NCBI GenBank assembly: GCA_963849325.1
Contig: CAWKHF010000006.1
Coordinates: 782,285 to 846,284 of the forward strand
Reading direction: 5' to 3'
DNA from: an uncultured Planctomycetota bacterium
GTDB taxonomy: Bacteria > Planctomycetota > Planctomycetia > Gemmatales > Gemmataceae
DNA length: 64,000 bases
The notes under the pieces: model-generated
What the model saw: the letters and a program-made list of their open reading frames with translations, nothing else
Database searches by the model: none
Told to the model about the DNA's origin: nothing
Position numbers and translations under genes: made by a program
Shown here: one piece after another, positions 9,867-20,900 of the stretch
Layout: every line of letters starts with the position of its first letter
Position numbering within the stretch: position 1 is the first letter of the stretch

Positions 9867-11003
9867 TTAGAACAATTTTTGTTTGACCATCTCAAGGAAC
9901 GCGGTCACGTTCGATACACAAGGAACTTCCGAAACCATAGCCACATCTCCGTCAGATGCACGAACCGGTGGAACCGTGTGTTCGACCATCAAGGCTTTAA
10001 TGCGCTCCCAATTTATCGCATCGTCTGCCAGAAAGCCTGGGCTGGCCATCGCCTTTCCTCCAGCAGCATGGATTCGTTCAAGTTGCCGGTGGATGCCGAG
10101 ATATTCGGTTCGGTTCATGACGCGGGCAGGGCCGAGCATGATCCCTCTCATAACCTCGTTGTAATGTTTCGCGTGCAGGAGTCCTTCTTCGATTAGCACC
10201 TGACGGAGTTCATAACCGATGGTTTCTGCAAGGCCGCCAGCGGGGGCTTGCGACTCCAGTCTCTGGAGCATTCGGAAGACTGCGTGATCAGGACGGGGAG
10301 TCGCAAGGGCAAGGCTACAGACAATCACTGTCAATCGGTCGATCGTCACCGGGACAACATTATGCTCATAACGCGGCTGCGACAGGATATTCCGGATCCC
10401 GTCGTAAAACTCGGTTTCAATGGCGGATGCGGGCCATGTATGGGTGTTGTAAGCCATATTGGTTTTCAGCCACTGATCGATTCGCCGCGCCATACCCTCT
10501 GCCAAGAGGCCGGGAGAGAACGGCCGAAAGCGTTTTCCCGGCGTCACAAACCCGGCCATCATCTCTGTGTATGTTCCGTTTGTTACTTCCTGCTGTTCGA
10601 CCGTCCAAGGTCCGCTCCCACCCATGTAGGGAAAGTCCATTGGTGAAAACAGCAGTTTGGTCTCGTCCGCAAATTGTTGTGCCCGGTAACGTATATCGGC
10701 GTGGTTTGTGCCCTCATGGTCAGGTAAGGTTGCCAGCTTCGGAAGGATTTTGTGATAGCCATTGATCTCTCCCCCAGCGGCTGAAATATCCCCTGCCAGT
10801 TGGAATGCCGAGTGGACTCCGAAATCCACCAATTCGGCGAGGATTCGGAATCCTGGGTTACTGCTAATCAGCTGTAAATAGTGAATGTACTCATGGGAGA
10901 AGGACATAGTCATGACCGCGTTGGCCGGCATACCAGCCAAGTCAGACGATGATCCACGATCCGAGACATCGATCCTACACGAGAAAAAGTCGAAATACGC
11001 CAT
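9867..11003 (-). CDS. Hypothetical protein with HExxH motif, lower GC than flanks
   Basis: Long ORF with FSHEYIHYLQ and a later LAEGMA; visibly AT-richer than neighbours. Confidence 0.7.
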   Translation of the reverse strand: MAYFDFFSCRIDVSDRGSSSDLAGMPANAVMTMSFSHEYIHYLQLISSNPGFRILAELVDFGVHSAFQLAGDISAAGGEINGYHKILPKLATLPDHEGTNHADIRYRAQQFADETKLLFSPMDFPYMGGSGPWTVEQQEVTNGTYTEMMAGFVTPGKRFRPFSPGLLAEGMARRIDQWLKTNMAYNTHTWPASAIETEFYDGIRNILSQPRYEHNVVPVTIDRLTVIVCSLALATPRPDHAVFRMLQRLESQAPAGGLAETIGYELRQVLIEEGLLHAKHYNEVMRGIMLGPARVMNRTEYLGIHRQLERIHAAGGKAMASPGFLADDAINWERIKALMVEHTVPPVRASDGDVAMVSEVPCVSNVTAFLEMVKQKLF

Positions 11004-11251
11004 AATTATTCCTGATGATGTATTAAAGTCAGCGCTGTGTGTTACCCCTGGCGAAGGAAGCAACCAGTCAATCGATCCAACCTCGCCGAACTACTAGCTA
11101 GGGCGTGTCGCGCGTTCTAACTCCCTCCCGTCAATTCTCGCCTGGGGCGCTTGCCTGTCAAGCGAAGTCGTAACTCCCGGCCAATCTTTCCGATTGTCCC
11201 CACAGCGCCGGGGGTATCTCTACCCCCGGCAAGCGAGGTTCTGTGAGGCGA

Positions 11252-12147
11252 TTACATGAACTCCTCAACCAACTCACGGCGCTGGTCCTTGGTCAGGCCG
11301 CGCGCCTTGCCGACGAGTGGGCCGTCCTGCAAGGCCGCGTCGAGCTGATCCAGCGACGGGCGCGGATTGGGGTTTTTGTAGAACAGGCCAATGGGGATTT
11401 TCGCGCCCATTCCAGCGCCCGGTCCATCGCCGCGTGGAAGTCGGTCGAATCGTGGCCGTTGTCTTCCAGGCGGTAGACGTGATCGCGGAACCAGTGATAC
11501 GTGTTCTGCTTGTTGAAGGTCACGCACGGGCTGAACACGTCGATCAGGGCGAAGCCGGGGTGCTGAATGCCGTCCATGTACAGCTTGAGCAGGTGCTTGG
11601 GATCGCCGCTGAAGCCGCGGGCGATGTAGCCGCAGCCGATGGCCAGGGCCAGGGCCAGCGGGTTGAGCATGTGCTCCAGGTTGCCGCCCGGCGTGCTCTT
11701 GGTCACCATGCCGTGCTCGCTGGTCGGCGATACCTGACCCGTCGTCAGGCCGTAAATCTCGTTGTTCATGACGATGTAGGTCAGATTGATGTTGCGACGC
11801 ATGGCCTGGATGAAGTGGTTCAAGCCGATGCCATAACCGTCGCCGTCGCCGCCGGTGGCGATGACGGTCAGGTGATGGTTGGCCAGCTTGGCGCCGGTGG
11901 CGAAGGGCAAGGCCCGGCCGTGCAAGCTGTGTACGCCGTAGGAGCGGAAGAAACCGGGCAGGTTCGACGAGCAACCGATGCCGGACACGACCAGCAATTC
12001 ATGCGGCCGAATCTCCAGCTCGGCGCACGCCTTCTGCAAGACGTTGAGCACACCGAAATCGCCGCAGCCCGGACACCAGTCCGGCGCCACGTCCGCTTTG
12101 AAGTCCTTCACTTCGAGTTTGCGAGGGGTTGCGGTCAGGGTCGTCAT
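11252..12147 (-). CDS. korB: 2-oxoacid:ferredoxin oxidoreductase beta subunit (frameshift near 11400)
   Basis: WCPGCGDFG, SGIGCSS, LHGRALP, GGDGDG, NNEIYGLTTGQ. Confidence 0.93.
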
Positions 12148-12181
12148 TATGGAGAACTCCTTCGTTCGGTTTCGTGAGGGA

Positions 12182-12577
12182 TCAGGCTTTGTCCCGGCGG
12201 AAAATGATGCACAGGTGCTGCGTGTCTCCCTCGGGAGGGAAGGCGCGCATGCGGTTGCCGGTGCCCGGCTCGGCCGGGCACCAAATGAGATGATCGCCAT
12301 CCAGTTCGTAGATAATCAGCGACGTCTTGCCGCGGTGCTTCTCCGGGCCTTCGCGGATGGTCATGTCCATCATCTTGGGCTTGGCCGTCGGATCGAGGGT
12401 GTAGGTGCCGAGGTAAACGTCGCCGTTCTTGAAGGTGACGGTGAAGTGTTCGCCGGCGATGAGCATATGCGCCTCGCGGATGCCGGAGACGAATTTCCAC
12501 ATCCCTTGCAGGCGCTCTTTATCTCTTCCGGCGGCAGCTTCGCGCGCCAGGTCGGGGTCGAGTAACGCGGTTTCCAT
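12182..12577 (-). CDS. TIGR03067 domain protein
   Basis: LQGMWK, YTLDPTAKPKMMDM, IYELDGDHL. Confidence 0.8.
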   Translation of the reverse strand: METALLDPDLAREAAAGRDKERLQGMWKFVSGIREAHMLIAGEHFTVTFKNGDVYLGTYTLDPTAKPKMMDMTIREGPEKHRGKTSLIIYELDGDHLIWCPAEPGTGNRMRAFPPEGDTQHLCIIFRRDKA

Positions 12578-12611
12578 GAACATCTCCCTTGATGAGATAG
12601 CCTCTCGTTCT

Positions 12612-12708
12612 CCCCTCTCCCCCGCTTCGGGGGAGAGGGGTTGGGGGTGAGGGGGCGGCGTCTCCCCCTCACCCCCAACCCCTCTCCCCCGCTTCGGGGG
12701 AGAGGGGG
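12612..12708. repeat. Palindromic repeat, family C (CCCCTCTCCCCC..GGGGGAGAGGGGTTGGGGGTGAGGGG and its inverse)
   Basis: Nested inverted repeats; related copies at 38922 and 52858. Confidence 0.85.
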
Positions 12709-12715
12709 GCAGTTC

Positions 12716-14605
12716 TTAATGCGTGGTGGCGGGGGCAACGCCGGAAAGCCGGCCGGCCCAGTCGGCGCTGGTGCCGCTGGGATGGTCGGTACGCCAGCCC
12801 GGCTCGGTGGATTGCACAATGACCACCTCCGCCTTGCCGTCCAGGATGTCCTGGACGCCGGCGACGACGTGCTTCGGTTCCAACGGTTCGCCGTCGTATT
12901 TGCGAATGTGGCCGTTGGCCGCGATGCCGGTCTCGGCCCGCAGGTGGCGGGCGAACTGGCCGCTCTGGTTGTTCTCGACCACGATGATGCGCCGGCTGCG
13001 GCCGAGCAACTTCTGCACCTCGCGCACCTGGAACGGCAGCAGATAACGCACCTGCAGATGATTGGTCGAGACCCCCTCGCGGTTGAGACGTTCGACCGCC
13101 TCGGTCAGCACGCCCCAGGTCGAACCCCAGCCGACCAGCGTTACCTCGGCGTCGGCCGGCCCGCTGAACAGCGGCGGCGGCAGATGGGCCAGCACCGTAC
13201 TCATCTTGCGGACGCGCTTGTCCACCATTTTCTGACGCCGCACCGGGTCGGTGAAGACGTCGCTGAGCAGCACGCCGTCCTCGTCGTGCTCGTCGCTGGC
13301 GGCCACGTACAGATGGCCGGGCACGCCGGGCACGGCGCGCGGCGAGATGCCCGACTCCGTGTTCTTGTAGCGCAGGTACGGCTCGCCATTGGCGTGATGC
13401 GCCTCGCCGTTGCTCGAACCGTTGCCGCTGGGCAAAATCACCTCGCCGCGGTCGATCTCCAGGATCTGCTCGAACACGGCGGGATCGACGGTCTCGTTGC
13501 CCTCGCTGAGAAGCAGGTCGGAGACGACGATTACCGGGCACTGGTAGCGATCGGCCAGGTTGAAGGATTGCTGAATGACGGCGAAGCAATCGGGAATGCT
13601 GAGCGGAGCGACGATGATGCGCGGGAAATCGCCCTGGCTGGCGCCGATGGCCTGGTTGAGGTCGCCCTGTTCGGTCTTAGTCGGCACGCCGGTGGACGGC
13701 CCGGCCCGCATGACGTTGATGGCGACGACCGGCGTCTCGAAGATGCCGGCCATGCCGATGGCCTCGGTCATCAGAGCGAAGCCGCCGCCGGAGGTGGCGC
13801 ACATGCCGCGCACGCCCATGTGGTTGGCGCCGATGGTCATGTTGATGACGGAGATTTCGTCCTCGACCTGGCGCACGCAGATGCCGAGCTGCTTGCCGTG
13901 GGCGGCCATCCAGTGCAGGACGCCGGAAGCCGGACTCATCGGATAGGCACAGTAGAATTTGCAATCGGCCATCGCCGCAGACATCGCCAGCACTTCGTTG
14001 CCGGTGACGAGCGCCCATTTCTGGTCTGTCGGCGTCAGCTGGCGCGGCATCGGCTGGAAGTGTTGGCCGGCGTAGTCGAAGCCGGCCCGCGCCGCCTCGA
14101 CGTTGGTGCCGATGACCTTCGGCTTCTTGGCGAAGGTGGTGCTGATGACCGATTCGAGTCCGGCGAAGTCCAGGCCCATCAGGCGCATCACGGCGCCGAC
14201 GGCGACGGTGTTCTGCATGACCGGCAGTTCTTTGTAGGCGGTGGTCAAGTCAGGCACGGGCAGCGGGCAGAGCTGCACGCCCCTGGGCGGCTCGTAGCTG
14301 GGTTTGACCTTGGCGCTGTTGTACAGGGCCACCCCCCCAGGCCCCAACTCTTGCAGATGACGGTCGAGCGTATCCTGATTCAAGGCGATCAAGCCGTCGA
14401 TCTGATCGCCGTGATTGAGCGGTTTGTGCGCCGAGACGCGCAGGCGCAGCCAGGAATGTCCGCCGCGAATGACGGACTGGTAACTGTTGTAGGCGTAAAC
14501 GCCCTGCCCTTGCCGGGCCACGGCCAGGGCGAGCGTGTTTCCGGCCGAGGCGACGCCGTCGCCCGCGGCCCCACCGATACCGACGATCAGGTTGGCATGG
14601 TCCAT
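12716..14605 (-). CDS. korA: 2-oxoacid:ferredoxin oxidoreductase alpha subunit
   Basis: IGGAAGDGV, IRGGHS, YPMSPAS, QVEDEI, ATSGGGFALM, GPSTGVPTKTEQGDL. Confidence 0.93.
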   Translation of the reverse strand: MDHANLIVGIGGAAGDGVASAGNTLALAVARQGQGVYAYNSYQSVIRGGHSWLRLRVSAHKPLNHGDQIDGLIALNQDTLDRHLQELGPGGVALYNSAKVKPSYEPPRGVQLCPLPVPDLTTAYKELPVMQNTVAVGAVMRLMGLDFAGLESVISTTFAKKPKVIGTNVEAARAGFDYAGQHFQPMPRQLTPTDQKWALVTGNEVLAMSAAMADCKFYCAYPMSPASGVLHWMAAHGKQLGICVRQVEDEISVINMTIGANHMGVRGMCATSGGGFALMTEAIGMAGIFETPVVAINVMRAGPSTGVPTKTEQGDLNQAIGASQGDFPRIIVAPLSIPDCFAVIQQSFNLADRYQCPVIVVSDLLLSEGNETVDPAVFEQILEIDRGEVILPSGNGSSNGEAHHANGEPYLRYKNTESGISPRAVPGVPGHLYVAASDEHDEDGVLLSDVFTDPVRRQKMVDKRVRKMSTVLAHLPPPLFSGPADAEVTLVGWGSTWGVLTEAVERLNREGVSTNHLQVRYLLPFQVREVQKLLGRSRRIIVVENNQSGQFARHLRAETGIAANGHIRKYDGEPLEPKHVVAGVQDILDGKAEVVIVQSTEPGWRTDHPSGTSADWAGRLSGVAPATTH

Positions 14606-14980
14606 TACTTCAGTCCCCCGCCAAAATGGAACAACTCGGGCCACGAATCCCCCAACGGCCGTCCGCGAATGCGGACGGAACGTGGCCCCCTCGTGCAATC
14701 GTCCTCTGCTCTCGAACCGTCGTTGTTGCGTGTGCCGCGGCGCGAACGGACTCGTTCGGAATGGACAAGCGTCGGCGGCAAAAACCGGAATCTTCCCCGA
14801 TCATAAGAGGTTTTTCGCCGCGTGCAACTGAATAACGGTTGCGATTCTGTTTTCTCCCATTTTTTCCTTGACGCGCTCGCCAGGTGAGACTACCTTACTT
14901 CTTCGTTAGCATTTTCTCATTTACTTCCAGACCGTTGACACGAGAGATTCCGTCGTTTATCGCCCGCGAGGATCGCACCT

Positions 14981-17900
14981 ATGATGCGCTGGAAGCACTC
15001 GATCCGCATCGATCTCTGTCCGCCGGAATGGCTCGCCAACGCCTGGGCTACCCTGCGCGGCTGGCTCAAAGACTCGCGCGTTCTCTCACGCCGCGACTTC
15101 GGGCCGCCCCGGCCATGGCGACGCCGCGTCTACCTCGAAGTGGAAGCGCTCGAATTAAGACTGCTGCCCGCAGTTGACTTGTCCCAGTTCATCTCCACTT
15201 TCAACGCAGGAAACACGCTGCCTATCTTGGCGGTTGCTTCCGCTTACCCGGCTCACGGCAGCACAGCCGGTCCTGGTCAGGATGACCTGAACACGAGCGG
15301 CACCCCCACGCCGAGTGTCCACAACGCCTTCCCGGGCGATAACGCTATCGACGAATCCTCTACCCGAAACGTAGGATCTGACGTTCCGCAACGCCCCCAA
15401 GAACAGCTTGGGCGACCCGAGCACAGTCCCCATCGAAATCCAGGAAGACAACCAGATCCTACACCGACGACTACCCCAACGCCGATCACGCCTCAGGTTA
15501 TAGGCCCGCACGCTAAGCTGCCTCCGAATTACGTCACCGGCCCCAGTTGCAACTGCGGTTGCCCTGACGAACCGGGCAGCACGGTGCAGTCAGCCGCGAA
15601 TACCAACGCCACGACGAGTTCCGCCTCCTCCAGCGGAGCGACCGGCGGCAATGGTCCCGTCTACACACCCGGCGGCGGAGGCACGGGCGGGGTCGCTGTC
15701 CAAACAACGCCCCAGGTTGAGACCCCCTACCCTGTGCGCTTCGCCGACGGCACGGTGAACATTGCCGAGACCGACCTGCACTCCGACGCTTTCGGCTTCG
15801 CCTGGGGACAGACACGCTCCTGGAGCAACGGTCCCGGCTACGCCACCGGCTCCGACAACGGCAACGGCTGGGTCGATACCTACACGCCGCATCTCATCCA
15901 GGCCGGCGGCTGGGCTCCCAACAATACCCTCGCCGTCATCGCCAACGGCACCACCGCCTACTACTTCGACCTCCAGGACGACGGCAGCTACCAGGGACGA
16001 TTCAGCGATCCCGCCAAGCTAACCGTCAACAGCAGCAACGACACCTACACGCTGACTGACGGCCAGGGCGATCAGATCGTCTTCGACGGCTTCGGCTCCA
16101 GTTGGCTGCCCGCCCAGAAGGGCCAGATGCAAAGCTACACCGACGCCAACGGCATCACCCTGGCCGTCACGTCTTACACCGCCGACGGCCACATCGCCGA
16201 GATGCAGCGTTCGGGCACCAGCAACGGCAACACCGTCACCGAATCGTGGCTGTACAGTTACCTACCCTCGACCGACGCCAACGCCGGCCTGCTCCAGAGC
16301 GTCACCCTGCGACAGCAGACCAACGGCGGCGCCTGGACCACCGTGCAGCAGGTCCAGTACACCTACTACGACGGCAGCCAGCAGTACGGCGGCAGCCTCG
16401 GCGACTTGATGACCGCCACCGTACTCGATGGCAATAACAACGTCCTGTCCACCAGTTACTACCGCTACTACACGGCGGGGCAGGCCAACGGCTACGCCGG
16501 CGGTCTGGAGTACGTCTTCAATCCCGCCTCCTACACTCGACTGACCGCCGCTCTGGGCACCGACCTCGGCGACCTCACCGACGCGCAGGTGGCCCCCTTC
16601 GCCGACAACTATTTCCAGTACGACAGCCAGCAGCGCGTCATCCAGGAAGTAGCGCAAGGCGCGGGCGACTCGCAGACGGCCGGCGGCCTGGGTACCTACA
16701 CCTTCAGCTACACCGCCAGCAACAACGCTCCCGGCTACAACAGTTGGGCAACCAAGACGGTCGTCACCAATCCCGACGGTAGTACGGACACGGTCTATAC
16801 CAACGCCTACGGCCAGACCATGCTCATCGATCACTACGATCCGATCAGCGGTCTGGATACCGATAACTTCTATGCCTACAACGATCAGGGCCAACTCATC
16901 CTGCAAGCGGCACCGTCGGCCGTCACCGGCTATGACGACAGCTACGCCGACCTGCTGAACAACGATCAGTATCTCAACAGCAACAGCGGCCTGATTACGC
17001 GCTACGACTATTACACGACGACCACGGCGACGGAGACGACGGCGGGCGGCGTGGCCGGCTACCTGGAAGACAAGCAGATCCAGCAGGGGCAGCAAGGCGC
17101 GCTCGTACCGCAAGAGACCTGGCAGTATTACGCCCACGCTTACGGTGGTCAGACCGTCGCGCCCATCGCCACCGACACCGTGTATCGCAACAGCGATGGC
17201 ACCGGTGCCGAGACGACTTCCTACGCTTACACCTGGTATAGCGGCACGGCCGAGATGCAGTCGGAGACGGTCAGCGCCCCAGTCATCTCGTCGGCCCAGA
17301 ATGGTCCGGGCACGGCCGACGTGACCACGACCGTCTTCGATACCAACGGCAACCCCATCTGGGTGCAAGATCCCGACGGTTACATCCAGTACTTCGCCTA
17401 CGATCCGCTGACGGGGGCGTTGGTCACGAGTATCGCCGACGTGAACACGGCGGACACGAGTGAATTCACGAACCTGCCGACGGGCTGGACGACGCCGACG
17501 GGCGGCGGCCTGAACCTGGTGACGCAGTATCAGGTGGACGACCGGGGACGGACCACGAAAGAGACCTCGCCCGATGGCAACATCACCTACTACGTCTATC
17601 TCGACGCCCAGCACGAAGAGCGCATCTACCAGGGCTGGAACGCCAGCAGCGGCATGCCCACCGGGCCTACCGAGGTCATCCGCGAAGACGCCGCCGACGG
17701 CTACGACGAAGTCTTCACCATGACGGCGGCGCCCAACCTCAACCCCGACGGTACGCCCAACGGCAGCGAAGCCACCAGCGGCTTGCAAAGCCTGACACGC
17801 GACTACACCAACGACGCCAGCCAGATGATCGCCGAGGACGACTACTTCAACCTGGGCGGCCTGGCCTATAGCACCGGCGTCATGGGCACGCTTAACGTCA

Positions 17901-20900
17901 ATTACTACCAGACACAGTATGGTTACGACAGCGGCGGCCGCTTGACGCGCACACAAACGGCCAACGGCACTATCTATCGCACGGTGTACAACAGCCTGGG
18001 CCAGCCTCTCAGCGATTGGGTCGGTACCAATGACACGCCGGATTACGGCGAGTGGTCGCCGGACAACAACACCGGCACGTCGAACATGGTGCAGGTGCGC
18101 AGCTACCAGTACGACAATGGTGGTGTCGGCGATGGTAACCTGACGCAAGTGACCGACTCTCCGGGACTGGGCCAGGCGGATCGCGTCACCCAACTCTGGT
18201 ACGACTGGCGCGATCGGGTGGTGGCCACGAAGTCGGGCGTACAGTACAGCGAAAACGACGGCACCAACCGGCCTATCATCGTCACCACCTACGACAATCT
18301 CAACGAAGCCATCGAGACGCAGCAGTACGATGGCGATGGAGTGACGCCGCAGATCGTCAACGGTGTACTGCAAGCGTTGGACCCATCGCTGTTGCGGGCG
18401 CAGGAGGTCGATAGCTACGACGATCAGGGCCGTATCTACCAGACGCAGGTTTACGACGTGAACCCGAGCACGGGTGCGGTGTCGAGCACGGCGTTGACCA
18501 CCAACGACTACTACGGTCACCGCGGCAATTTGATCGCCGAGTCGGCGCCGGGCGGGCTATGGACCAAGAGCCAGTTCGACGGCACCGGCCGCGATGTGAT
18601 GGATTCCACTACCGACGGCGCGGGTGGCACGACTTGGGCGGCGGCGGCGAGCGTGGCCAACGATACGGTCTTGGAGCAGCAGCAGACGGTCTACGACGCG
18701 GACGGCAACGCCATCGAGACGATTGACAGCCAGCGTTTCGACAACGCCACCGGTACGGGTCCGCTGGGCAATCCGACCAGCGGCATCGGGGCGCGGGTGT
18801 ACTACGCGGCTGCTTATTACGACAATACGGATCGTGTGACGGCGACGGTGGACATGGGCACCAACGGCGGGGTGGCCTGGACGCGGCCGAACACGCCACC
18901 GGCCGCGTCGGCGACGGCGTTGGTGACGACGTATGCCTACAACGGGATGGGCCAGGTGCAAGACGTGACCGACCCGATGGGTATCGTCAATCGCACCTAC
19001 TACGACAACCTGGGCCGCGCCACCGAGACTATTCAGGACTACACCGACGGTACGGAGACCGACGAAAGCAACATCACCACCGAGTACGGCTACGATGGCG
19101 ACAACAACGTGGTGTACGTGCGTGCCGACGAACCGGGCGGGGCGTATCAACAGACACAGTACGTCTACGGCGTGACCACGGCCAGCGGCAGCGGTGTCAA
19201 CAGCAATGATATTCTGTCGGCGATCCAGCATCCCGACCCGACGACGGGCATTCCCAGCAGCAGCGATCAGGACAGTTACCTCGTCAACGCCCTGGGCCAG
19301 ACGGTGCAGTACACCGACGCCAACGGTAACGTCCACCAGTACACCTACGACGTGCTGGGACGCTTGACCGCGGATGCGGTGACGACGTTGGGCGCGGGCG
19401 TCGATGGCAGTGTGCAGCGCATCGAGTACGGCTACGACAGCCAAGGCAACCTGTCCCTCATCACCAGCTACGATGCGCCGACGGGCGGAAACATCGTCAA
19501 CCAGGTGCAGGACGGTTACAACGGCTTAGGTCAGTTGACCGGCGAGTATCAGTCGCACAGCGGGGCGGTGGTGCCGGGCACGACGCCGGAGGTGCAGTAC
19601 GGTTACACGGAGATGTCCGGCGGTCAGAACAACAGCCGGCTGACGCAAGTGGTCTATCCCAGCGGCTACGCCGTCTACTACAACTACGCCAGCGGGTTGG
19701 ACAGCAACATCAGCCGCCTGTCGTCGCTGTCGGATGGTACGGGCACGCTGGAGAGCTACAAGTACCTGGGCCTGAACACGGTGGTCGAGCGTGACCACCC
19801 GCAAAACCACGTCAATCAGACTTTCATCGCCCAGCCGAACCAGTCGCAGACGGGCGATGCCGGCGATAAGTATGTGGGGTTGGACCGTTTTGGCCGGATA
19901 GTGTCGGACAACTGGTACAACACGGCGACGCAGCAATCGACGGGCGATTTCGACTATGGTTATGACCAGGATGGCGATGTGCTATACCAGCAGAACTTGG
20001 TCGATGCGGCGATGAGCCAGTTGTTCCAATACAACGACCTCAACGAACTCATCAGCTACCAGCAAGGTACGTTGAACTCCACGAATACGGGGATCGTAGG
20101 TACGCCATCGGCGAGCCAGAGTTGGACGCCGGATGCGCTGGGTAATTTCACCAGCACGACGACCAACGGCGTGACGCAGACGGAGACGTTCAACCAGCAG
20201 AACGAGATCGCGAGCATCTCGGGGTCGGGAGCGGTAACATATGATGCCAACGGCAACCTGACGGCGGACGGCAGCGGCAATACCTACGTCTATGATGTCT
20301 GGAACCGCCTGGTGGCGATACAGAACAATGGCACGACGGTGGCGGCCTACGGCTATGACGGGTTGGGCCGCCGGATCACGCAGACGGATGGCGGTACGAC
20401 GACGGACCTGTACCTGTCGTCGGCGGGACAGGTGTTGGAGGAGCGTATCGGCGGCGTGGTGCAGGCACGGAACGTGTGGAGTCCGGTGTATGTCAACGCT
20501 CTGGTGCTACGCGATCAATCGAGTCAAGGCAACGGCGTTCTGGACCAGTGGCTGTACATGCAACAGGACGCCAACTGGAATGTGACGGCGTTGATGGACA
20601 CGAGCGGCAACGTGGTCGAGCGCTACGCCTACGAGCCTTATGGTGCCGTGACCGTGCTGAATCCAGACGGTTCGGTGCGGGGAATAAGTGCCTACGCTAT
20701 GCCGTACCTATGGCAGGGGGAGCGCTATGACTGGGTTGCGAATCTGTACCATACGTTCATCCGCGATGATTCGCCAGCTATAATGCGGCCTTTGCAGGCG
20801 GATCCGACGGGGCAGGCAGCGGGTCTCAACCTCTATCGCTGGGAGGACGACGCGCCAACGTATTCTTTGGATCCCACTGGCTTGGATCCGACCGATGAGG

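Noticed and set aside
16262-19936. Long antisense ORFs (also 12641-14806, 39572-41701, 55161-57122, 2211-3545)
   Set aside because: Shadow frames of high-GC genes on the opposite strand, with no motifs.
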